Below, piece by piece: positions 27,448-35,466 of a stretch of 64,000 nt of DNA. Origin of the DNA: Lachnospiraceae bacterium (GTDB lineage: Bacteria > Bacillota > Clostridia > Lachnospirales > Lachnospiraceae); NCBI GenBank assembly GCA_017462755.1, contig JAFTQM010000014.1, forward strand, positions 2,316 to 66,315, in the 5' to 3' direction. Below the pieces are notes generated by a model. The model did not search any database. It was not told where the DNA came from and saw nothing but the letters and a program-made list of their open reading frames with translations. Each line of letters starts with the position of its first letter. Within the stretch, counting starts at the first letter, position 1. The position numbers and the translations under genes were made by a program.

Positions 27448-28251
27448 ATGGAATGGGAGTATATTTGGCCGGTGCTTGCAGCTACCGGCTTTACTTTTGC
27501 AATGACAGCGGCAGGCGCGGCGATGGTGTTTTTGCTCGGAAGGCAGCTTAGTCCGGCGTTAATGAAGGCATTTATGGGTTTTGCCGGAGGTGTGATGATT
27601 GCGGCATCGGTGTGGTCTCTGTTGCTGCCTGCGATTGAAGAGGCAGTACGACAGGGCAAATCCGGTGTACTGCCGGCAGCCGGCGGCTTTGCGTTCGGCG
27701 GATTATTTTTTCTGGTGGTGGATTTTGCGCTGCAGAGGTTGCATAGAGAGAAGCTGGAGCAGAGTGCGGTGCGGGAAAAGCGACTGTCCAGAAAAACAAG
27801 TATGCTGTTTTTGGCGGTTACGCTGCATAACATACCGGAGGGAATGGCGGTCGGAGTGGCGTTTGCAATGGCAGCAGAGCAAGGGCTGCAGGAGGTTTCG
27901 ATGGTATCGGCGATTGCATTGGCAATCGGAATCGGCATTCAGAACTTTCCGGAGGGAGCTGCGATTGCCCTGCCGCTTCGGCAGGAGGGGCTGAATCGGC
28001 GACAGGCATTTTTATATGGTGCTGCTTCCGGCATAGTAGAGCCGCTTGCCGGTATACTCACCGTCTTTGCAGTAGGGATGATTCAACCGGTATTGCCATG
28101 GGTGCTTTCCTTTGCTGCCGGAGCTATGATTTATGTGGTGGTAGAGGAGCTGGTTCCGGAAGCACATATCGAAAGCGGATTAAAAATCGGTACGATAGGA
28201 GCCTTGGTCGGATTTCTGGTAATGATGGTACTGGATGTAGCCCTGGGATAG
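27448..28251 (+). CDS. ZIP family metal (zinc/iron) transporter
   Basis: 267 aa with TAGGAG SD. Paired motifs HNIPEGMAVG and QNFPEGAAIA. Confidence 0.85.
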   Translation: MEWEYIWPVLAATGFTFAMTAAGAAMVFLLGRQLSPALMKAFMGFAGGVMIAASVWSLLLPAIEEAVRQGKSGVLPAAGGFAFGGLFFLVVDFALQRLHREKLEQSAVREKRLSRKTSMLFLAVTLHNIPEGMAVGVAFAMAAEQGLQEVSMVSAIALAIGIGIQNFPEGAAIALPLRQEGLNRRQAFLYGAASGIVEPLAGILTVFAVGMIQPVLPWVLSFAAGAMIYVVVEELVPEAHIESGLKIGTIGALVGFLVMMVLDVALG

Positions 28252-28260
28252 AAAGAAAAA

Positions 28261-28471
28261 CGAAGCAGTTACGAAACGATGGGCATTTTTTAAAGCCGCA
28301 GCAAAATGAATCAAAACCATCGCAGGCACGTTCTCACTACCTCAGTCTCGCAGCGGTACATAAGACGCTAAAATACAGCGTCTAAGTACCGGCGGACTTC
28401 GAGTACCTGCGATGTTTTGTTCATTTGCTGCGGCCTTTGTTCAAAAGTTTCGCCGTTTCGTAACTACTTCG
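28261..28471 (-). repeat. Foldback element copy 1 (~211 nt long imperfect hairpin with a conserved 49-nt apical core)
   Basis: Arms 28261-28278/28454-28471 and 28295-28329/28403-28434 pair, with bulges. Core 28347-28395 is the exact reverse complement of 34156-34204. Both arm mismatches (C28266xA28466, C28327xA28405) become G-U pairs on the minus strand. It lies ~50 nt 3' of the minus-strand gene ending at 28523 and is followed on that strand by TTTTTCTTTC. Confidence 0.7.
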
Positions 28472-28522
28472 AACGCTTGTTGACCGCGTAACTGCCTATT
28501 ATTTTGCGACAGCTCTTGTTTT

Positions 28523-30805
28523 TTAGTCTTCGCCCTCCAGTTCAGGATTGTCTGCCGGGAAGATGGATTTTAGGATTTCGGCGGTAATGATAAGCGGGTT
28601 GCTGGTGCTGAGAACCTGTTCGTCATTGCCCTGCTGTGTTACGCGAATCTCTGTACCAACGTCCGGGAGCGGCATGATAGAGGAAAGGACATTTTCATTG
28701 ACGTACATGGTGGATACATTTTCATCGTCTACCTGTACGACACTGTAAGGAGTAAAGCCGGAGCCGATTAAAAATACGGTGTATTCTCCGTCCTCCTTTT
28801 CGTTTTCCGGCAGGACGATGGTGCCGTCAACACCCGGCGTAATCTGAGCAGACGGAATCGTAGCGGTGGAATGACTCTCTGCAAAGGCAAGGATGTTGGT
28901 AACCAGAACGGTGTCTACGCCCATGCGCAAATCCGTTGCCGCATAAGGTCCAATTCCCTGCAGCGAGGTCTGTTCCCCATAGAGCATATCGTATTCCAAA
29001 ATTTCCAACTCTTCCAGATAGAGGTCGGATGCCTGCTGGGTCTGGTGGAAGCGGTTGATGATACCCTCATGGATATCCAGTCGGTCCAGTACATAAGAAT
29101 ACAGCTGGTATGCCTCGACATTGTGAGTTTCCTTTTCTAGCTCGAAATTGCTCCAAAGGACATACTGAGTCTGGAACAGAGAATGTCCGTCCAGCTGCTC
29201 GTCGGTAAGCTTGAGACCCGGCAGATGATCACCATACATAACCAGTACGGTATCTTCATCAAACTCTTCTAAATAGGCAATCAGCTCGGCAACAAAGGTG
29301 TCCATTTCGTGAATCTGATTGACATAATATAAAAACTGATAGTATTGCTCTTTGGAAAAATCGTCCGGCAGTGTCAGGTCAATGAGCGGATTGGACAGTA
29401 ACGGCTCGGTCGGATAACTGCCGTGACCCTGCACGGAAATCGTATAAATAAAATCGTGACCTCTGGTGGAGTCTAAGGATTTTGCGATTTCCTCAAGCAA
29501 AACCATATCCTTTGCCCAATCAAGCGGGGTACGTTCGATGTTCTGCATATATTCAATCGAAGTAAAGGTATCAAAACCAAGCTGGGAAAATACCTTGTGC
29601 CGCTCATAGAAGGTACCGTTGTTGTTGTGAATGGCGTGGGCGGTATAGTCCAGATTTTTCAGTACATAGCCGATGCTCTCACAGGTGGTTTCCTGCAAAA
29701 TAGTCTTGTAAGGGTATTCGCCCGGACCGAAGAAGTCCAGATTCATACCGGTAATAACCTCAAACTCGGTATTGGCAGTACCCGCTCCGATGGATGGGAC
29801 GGTCAGATAACCGGAGGTATAATGATCAAGCAAATAGTGCCAGGTAGGCAGCGGGTCAGAGCTAAAGGTGCTGCCAAGGATAGCAGTTGGGTCGAAAAAG
29901 GATTCCAGCTGCAGAAAAATAATATTTGGAGTGTCTGAATGCGTCTTTGGCGGTTCCGTAATCACCGGAGCTTCGGTAATAGTTGGTGGTACCGTAACAG
30001 TCGGTGGTGCCGGTGGCTCGGTCGGAGTCGGAGATGGTGCCGGTGTGACGGTTGGCGGCTCATCGTCGCGAATATCTGCAAGCTCCTTGGAGGTTACCAA
30101 AGTACCATTTTCCAACGCATCGATAATTTCCTGTACATATTCGTCGGAATAGTGCTTTGGCTTCGGAATACCGGTATTGAGCACACTGCTCATAAAGCAA
30201 TACGGCAGACCGTAGTCATGATAAGCATCTGCCAGATTTCCAAAGTTTTCCGCTAAAAACTGAAAGCGTACACCAAAAGAGGTAGATACGATACCGGTTG
30301 CCAACAGTAAAATGAGAGCAGCGGTAACGCGGAAAAACGGCATACGTTCTACTTTTCTGCATTTGCGGAATAAAACCACGCAGCCGGCAATTGCCAAAAG
30401 CACGACGATACCGAGCAAAATCAGCTGAGGAATCGAAAGGTAATGGTCCCAAATGCTAATTGCAGACTTAATCATGGTAATATCGACAAAGGTAAACGGG
30501 GTGGTACGGAATTGCAGCAGGATAAAGTCTACCACACCGATGATGAACCAAAGCAGGGATACGACGGTATAATAGAAATATCTGCGGCGGAAAAACAATG
30601 CCGGAGCCAAGGTAATTGTAATAATGAGCGTATTATATAGGAAAACAAATGGATGGGAAAACATGGCAACGATGGCGAGCCAAAGAGATTCCCTTGAAAA
30701 AATGTCTACAATAAAGTTTAAAGCCGCAGCGAGAAAAAAGATTTGCACGATTGGCCGCGCAAGAAACTGCTGCACAGATTCTTTGGTTGGTTTGGAAATT
30801 TTCAT
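28523..30805 (-). CDS. LTA synthase (LtaS)-family sulfatase-domain membrane protein
   Basis: ORF-track 28523..30817. ATG 30805 (MKISKPTKES...) follows GGAGG. N-terminal multi-TM block, Pro/Thr-rich linker (PPTVTPAPSPTPTEPPAPPTVTVPPTITEAPVITEPP), sulfatase-type domain (...NIIFLQLESF...) and an extra ~170-aa C-terminal domain. Confidence 0.75.
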   Translation of the reverse strand: MKISKPTKESVQQFLARPIVQIFFLAAALNFIVDIFSRESLWLAIVAMFSHPFVFLYNTLIITITLAPALFFRRRYFYYTVVSLLWFIIGVVDFILLQFRTTPFTFVDITMIKSAISIWDHYLSIPQLILLGIVVLLAIAGCVVLFRKCRKVERMPFFRVTAALILLLATGIVSTSFGVRFQFLAENFGNLADAYHDYGLPYCFMSSVLNTGIPKPKHYSDEYVQEIIDALENGTLVTSKELADIRDDEPPTVTPAPSPTPTEPPAPPTVTVPPTITEAPVITEPPKTHSDTPNIIFLQLESFFDPTAILGSTFSSDPLPTWHYLLDHYTSGYLTVPSIGAGTANTEFEVITGMNLDFFGPGEYPYKTILQETTCESIGYVLKNLDYTAHAIHNNNGTFYERHKVFSQLGFDTFTSIEYMQNIERTPLDWAKDMVLLEEIAKSLDSTRGHDFIYTISVQGHGSYPTEPLLSNPLIDLTLPDDFSKEQYYQFLYYVNQIHEMDTFVAELIAYLEEFDEDTVLVMYGDHLPGLKLTDEQLDGHSLFQTQYVLWSNFELEKETHNVEAYQLYSYVLDRLDIHEGIINRFHQTQQASDLYLEELEILEYDMLYGEQTSLQGIGPYAATDLRMGVDTVLVTNILAFAESHSTATIPSAQITPGVDGTIVLPENEKEDGEYTVFLIGSGFTPYSVVQVDDENVSTMYVNENVLSSIMPLPDVGTEIRVTQQGNDEQVLSTSNPLIITAEILKSIFPADNPELEGED

Positions 30806-30988
30806 ACCTGCCTCCATCTATGATAAACAAACGGTGTTCCGTAACAAAAAATCGTAATTATTATCATAGCAGAAAAAAGGAATTATGCAAGTCCTGAATT
30901 CTTAACAAAAAATAAAGGATTTTTGCCGGAACTTCTGTTATACTGTACTATAATATAGGTAAAAACAAGAACAAGAACGGATGAGAAA

Positions 30989-31795
30989 ATGAAGTATTGT
31001 GTAATTGTGGAATATGATGGAAGTGCATTTGCGGGCTGGCAAAAAAATAAGAATACCGGAAGCAAACGGGCGTTGCAGGATATTTTTGAGCTGATATTGT
31101 CAGAATATTATAAGGAAGCGGTACAGGTGCAGGCGTCCGGGCGTACAGATGCCGGGGTGAATGCGAAGGGACAGGTCTTTCATTTTGTAACCAGTCAAAA
31201 GAAAGATGCAGGAGTGCTTTTGACGGAATTGCGTCAGGCATTGGAACGTGGGTTGCGACCGGAGGAGCGGGGCGCAGTAGCGATTCGGACAGTTTGTCCG
31301 GTGTCGGATAGCTTTCACAGCCGTTTTGCGGCGACCGGAAAAACCTACGAATATTATTTGGAGGAACGGGTCAGACCGGGAGTGTTTGACCGCAGATATG
31401 CCTATCCGGCGGGCGGCCGTCTGGATTTAGAAGCGATGCAGAGAATGGCAGATTATCTGATTGGGGAGCATGATTTTCGCGCATTTTCCAGTCAGAAGGA
31501 TGAAAAGAAGGATACGGTGCGGTGTCTTCGCGAGATTCGGATTGAACGGGTACCGCGTAAATATGCGGAGGGTACCTTAGTGCGGCTTTCGTTTACCGGT
31601 AATGGCTTTTTATATCATATGGTAAGAATACTGGCAGGTACGTTGTTGGAAGCAGGGCAGGGACTGCGTGCGCCGGAAAGCGTGCTTGCGGCACTGGAGG
31701 GTGGAGAACGCTGTAAGGCAGGACCGATGCTACATGCGGAGGCGCTGTTTTTAAAGGAAGTATACTATCCGGAGCAATTTGGAATTTTCTCCTGA
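30989..31795 (+). CDS. truA: tRNA pseudouridine(38-40) synthase
   Basis: 268 aa. N-terminal ...IVEYDGSAFAGWQ..., catalytic ...SGRTDAGVNAKGQV..., C-terminal ...GFLYHMVRILAGTL... Confidence 0.9.
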   Translation: MKYCVIVEYDGSAFAGWQKNKNTGSKRALQDIFELILSEYYKEAVQVQASGRTDAGVNAKGQVFHFVTSQKKDAGVLLTELRQALERGLRPEERGAVAIRTVCPVSDSFHSRFAATGKTYEYYLEERVRPGVFDRRYAYPAGGRLDLEAMQRMADYLIGEHDFRAFSSQKDEKKDTVRCLREIRIERVPRKYAEGTLVRLSFTGNGFLYHMVRILAGTLLEAGQGLRAPESVLAALEGGERCKAGPMLHAEALFLKEVYYPEQFGIFS

Positions 31796-31842
31796 AAAGA
31801 TTAGAATCTGTTTAAGAAATGCTTAATGATGCACAGTTCGAG

Positions 31843-31871
31843 TTGACAAGAGAAAAAAAACGTGTAATAAT
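31843..31871 (+). promoter_or_regulatory. Sigma-A-type promoter for the acidic lipoprotein gene
   Basis: -35 TTGACA (31843-31848), then a 16-17-nt spacer, then TAATAA/AATAAT preceded by TG (31863-31864). Confidence 0.45.
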
Positions 31872-31924
31872 AATGCCGTCATCGATAATTATATGATGTA
31901 AAAAAAGTGGAGGAGATAAGAATC

Positions 31925-33967
31925 ATGAAGAAGAGATTGTTTAGTGTACTTCTTTGCCTGATTTTGGTATGCACTTCCTTTGCCGCATGTGGCAAGAAGG
32001 ATGATGAGAAGGCATCCAATGATAAGCAGGAAGAAGTTAAGAGCGAAGAAGTTGTAGTTTCTACGATGCAGAATTTTGCAGATGAAGTTACCAAGGCGCT
32101 GGAGGAGGCAGAGAAGCAGACACCGGATGTGTTTGAGGGTTCTGGTGTTGAAATGACTCTGGAAGTAGAGCCTGGTAAGGAGCTGTTAGAGAATTATGGT
32201 CTGGCCGGTCTTGAAAAGATTGGTATGGAGATTGATGGTGATTTCAAGGAAGAGTTTATGGCAACGGTAGATGTTGCATTAAACGGAAGCAGCTTACTTG
32301 AGATGGCTATGGCAGCAGACAACGAGAATGTTTATGTAAATCTTCCGAAGTATTCGGATAGTTACATGGCAGTAAGTATTGAAGAAACTCTTGGTATGAG
32401 CTTAGAAGAGTATCAGGAGCAGATGATGGGCGCAATGAGTGCCAGCATGGAGGGTATGCCTACCGTTAGCGATATCAAGGAAATTTGGAAGGATTTCTCT
32501 ACCGGTATGATCGGAAGCATTACCTATGAGGATCGTGAGAAGGATTCCAAGGTTGGTATCGAGGGCTATGAGGTTTCCGGTAACAAGTACATCAACAAGG
32601 TTGATATGGAAAAGATGGGAAAGACATTGAACGAGCTCATGGAAGCACTGGCTGAGTTCGATGCGCTGGAAATTACCGCAGAAGAAATCGAGATTGACGA
32701 AGAGTTAAAGATGTATCTGAATTACTATGAGGGTGAAGAGGGTACTTATGCAGTAGAGTTAACAGATGAGGAAGAGGGCTTTGTTTTCGTAGCAGCAGAA
32801 AAGGGCTACTGCCTGTATGCTGGTGATGGCGAGGAGAACGAGACCTTATTCTACACTGTAAAAGAGTCGGATACCAAGGGTGAGATCGTACTTACTCTGG
32901 ATGGCGAAGAATTCGTAATCGAATATGATAATTACTCCAAGAATGGTGTTGACCTCAAGATGGATATCGAAGGCATTGAGGTAGCTCTGAGCATTCAGGA
33001 GAAGAGTGGTCTGACAACGATTACTTTCGATGTAGATGGTATGGGTATGAAGGTTTCCGGTACGTTAGAAGGAACAGAGAAGGAGACAAAGCTTACTCTG
33101 TCCGGTTCCTATCAGGACGTTGAAATCGGTACTCTTACGATGAATGTTAAGGTTCGTGATTACAAGGAAGTTAAGATTCCGAGTGATGTTGTAGACATGG
33201 AGACATGGTCGACCGGTCTAGACGTAGAAGCATTGATGACTGATTTACAGCAGATTATGGTGGATTATCCGTTCATCGGAAATCTGGTAAACAGCTATAT
33301 TGGCGGCGAGATGGATGAAGACGACTATGATGATTACGATGATAGCGATGTAATCGGCGGAGATGATGTTGTAGTTGGCGGTGATGATATAACCGGCAGC
33401 GACGATGTAGAAACTCCTTATGAGATTCCGGCAGGTTACAGCGATGAGTTCATGGCTTTTACCGGATATGCTGTAGATGAGGACGGATATGTAGATTTCG
33501 AGCCAACCGAGGAAGAAGTTCTGGCAGTTGGTAAGCCATCTACCGGTTTTGATACTATACCTGTTACTGCAGAGCAGAAGGCAGATTTGATTGCTTATGC
33601 AGAGAACGCGTTCAAAGAGTTCTATCTTTCGGACTATGTTGGATACTATGTATGGGGCAGCATCGAGTATGAGAGTGTAGAGAGCTACTATCAGGAAGAC
33701 TACACCTACTATGATGATGCGGAGTTCAGCAACAGCATTGAGCTTACCTTCGATTTAGTATCTGGTGAGCTTGGAAGAATTAACGTTAGAAACGTAGATC
33801 AGGCAGAAGCAATCCGTATGACCAACGAGTTACTGCAGATTGTAGACGTTGATTTTACCGTAACCGAAGAGAACATGGAAGAGTACAACGAAATTGAAAA
33901 TGTTGTTGTAAGCGGCTATGAAGGCTCCAGCAGCTATTCGATTTCCGTTGCGGTTTACGAAGATTAA
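31925..33967 (+). CDS. Large, highly acidic lipoprotein of unknown function
   Basis: ORF-track 31907..33967. ATG 31925 (MKKRLFSVLLCLILVCTSFAACGKK...) follows GGAGGAG. Lipobox FAAC. D/E-rich throughout, with a DEDDYDDYDDSDVIGGDDVVVGGDDITGSDD tract. Confidence 0.7.
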   Translation: MKKRLFSVLLCLILVCTSFAACGKKDDEKASNDKQEEVKSEEVVVSTMQNFADEVTKALEEAEKQTPDVFEGSGVEMTLEVEPGKELLENYGLAGLEKIGMEIDGDFKEEFMATVDVALNGSSLLEMAMAADNENVYVNLPKYSDSYMAVSIEETLGMSLEEYQEQMMGAMSASMEGMPTVSDIKEIWKDFSTGMIGSITYEDREKDSKVGIEGYEVSGNKYINKVDMEKMGKTLNELMEALAEFDALEITAEEIEIDEELKMYLNYYEGEEGTYAVELTDEEEGFVFVAAEKGYCLYAGDGEENETLFYTVKESDTKGEIVLTLDGEEFVIEYDNYSKNGVDLKMDIEGIEVALSIQEKSGLTTITFDVDGMGMKVSGTLEGTEKETKLTLSGSYQDVEIGTLTMNVKVRDYKEVKIPSDVVDMETWSTGLDVEALMTDLQQIMVDYPFIGNLVNSYIGGEMDEDDYDDYDDSDVIGGDDVVVGGDDITGSDDVETPYEIPAGYSDEFMAFTGYAVDEDGYVDFEPTEEEVLAVGKPSTGFDTIPVTAEQKADLIAYAENAFKEFYLSDYVGYYVWGSIEYESVESYYQEDYTYYDDAEFSNSIELTFDLVSGELGRINVRNVDQAEAIRMTNELLQIVDVDFTVTEENMEEYNEIENVVVSGYEGSSSYSISVAVYED

Positions 33968-33991
33968 TTTGATTGAAGAATGAACGGACGG

Positions 33992-34045
33992 AGGGTGTCT
34001 CGCAAGTTGTGAAATGACTTGTGGGACACCCTTCATTTATATATG
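33992..34045 (+). terminator. Rho-independent terminator of the acidic lipoprotein gene
   Basis: 16-bp stem AGGGTGTCTCGCAAGT / ACTTGTGGGACACCCT (two G-U pairs on the plus strand), 9-nt loop, then TCATTTATATAT. Confidence 0.6.
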
Positions 34046-34058
34046 TACTATGGTTTGA

Positions 34059-34305
34059 GCATTTTGCATTCGCTACAGACAGAGGATTGAAAAAATTGCT
34101 GAAAATGATATCTCAGGCAGACAAGTTAACCGAAACCAAAGCAGGTACTTGAATCCCGCCGGTACTTAGACGCTGTATTTTAGCGTCTTATGTACCGCTG
34201 CGAGGATGAAGTAGCGAAAGCGTACCTGTTTTGGTTTCGGTTAAGCTTGTCTGCCGTTAGAAAAATGCATTTTTTAATCCTCTGTCTGTAGCGAAAGAAA
34301 AATGC
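34059..34305 (+). repeat. Foldback element copy 2 (~230-250 nt long imperfect hairpin with the same 49-nt apical core, opposite orientation to copy 1)
   Basis: Arms 34059-34099/34267-34305 and 34112-34147/34222-34256 pair. Core 34156-34204 (CCGCCGGTACTTAGACGCTGTATTTTAGCGTCTTATGTACCGCTGCGAG) is identical to the reverse complement of 28347-28395. About 20 nt on each side of the core are ~70% conserved and the outer arms have diverged. It sits between a terminator (33992-34045) and the sbcD-like gene. Confidence 0.7.
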
Positions 34306-34401
34306 GCGAGCCCAAGGTATTTATACTTTCCAAGAATCTCAAAATAGATTATAATAGAGGGTGCAACGAGATTTTGAAATGAAAAGAAAGGTCAGGCTGC
34401 A

Positions 34402-35466
34402 ATGAGATTTATACATCTGGCAGATACGCATCTGGCAGCGGTTCCGGAGAGCGGGACGAAGCTGGGAGAGATGCGTGCAAAAGAGATATATCAGACATTT
34501 TATAAGGTAATCGAGCGGTGCGAAGCAGAGCAGATTGACCTGCTGTTGATTGCAGGAGATATGTTTCATCGGGCACCACTGGTTCGGGAGCTGAAGGAAA
34601 TCAATTACCATTTTGGGAAGCTGACGCATACGAAAGTGGTTATTATAGCCGGAAATCATGATTATATTGGGATTCATTCCAATTATCTTGGCTTTGAGTG
34701 GGCGCCGCAGGTAACCTTTTTTTATGAAAATACATTACAGGATGTCTATTTTGAAGAGTGGAACACGAGAGTATACGGTCTAAGCTTTCGAAGCCGCGAT
34801 TGGAAGGAGGCGGCTCTGGAGGGGGCAAAACCGCAGAATAGAGAGGAAATTTCGATTTTGTTGGCGCACGGAGGAGAGCCGGATAAGCTGCCGATGGACA
34901 AAAAAGCCTTGGAAAAGGCGGGCTTTGATTATATTGCGCTGGGACATATCCATACACCGCTGCGCTTGTCCGAGCGAATAGCTTATGTGGGTTCGATGGA
35001 GCCATTGGACAAAAACGAGACCGGAGAGAGAGGTTATCTGCTCGGAGAGATTGCGGCTCCGGGAGAAGTTCCGAGATTGGAGTTTGTACCGGCGGCGCAG
35101 AGAAATTATCAGCTGTTGGAAATTGAGGTAACGCCGGATATGACGAATGGTGCCATCGGAGACATCTGTGAGCAACAGATGGAAGCCGGGGGCATGGAGC
35201 ATATGTATCGGATTTGTTTGCGGGGAAAGCGTGCGGCAGAGCTGGTTATTGACCGAGAGATGCTGTTTAGTCTGGGCATCGTGTTAGAAGTATCGGATGA
35301 AACAATGCCGGACTTTGATTTTGAACAGCTGGCAAAGGAAAATAGCAATAATATTCTGGGAATGTACATCCAAAGAATCCTGGAAGAGGATATGGAAGAA
35401 ACCCAGAAGAGAAAAGTATTGGATTATGGAGTAGAGGCCTTGTTGGCAGAGCTGCATAGAAAGTGA
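34402..35466 (+). CDS. Mre11/SbcD-like metallophosphoesterase DNA-repair exonuclease (YhaO/SbcF-like)
   Basis: 354 aa. Phosphoesterase motifs HLADTHL, GDMFH, GNHDY, GHIHTP. Translationally coupled to the next gene. Confidence 0.8.
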   Translation: MRFIHLADTHLAAVPESGTKLGEMRAKEIYQTFYKVIERCEAEQIDLLLIAGDMFHRAPLVRELKEINYHFGKLTHTKVVIIAGNHDYIGIHSNYLGFEWAPQVTFFYENTLQDVYFEEWNTRVYGLSFRSRDWKEAALEGAKPQNREEISILLAHGGEPDKLPMDKKALEKAGFDYIALGHIHTPLRLSERIAYVGSMEPLDKNETGERGYLLGEIAAPGEVPRLEFVPAAQRNYQLLEIEVTPDMTNGAIGDICEQQMEAGGMEHMYRICLRGKRAAELVIDREMLFSLGIVLEVSDETMPDFDFEQLAKENSNNILGMYIQRILEEDMEETQKRKVLDYGVEALLAELHRK

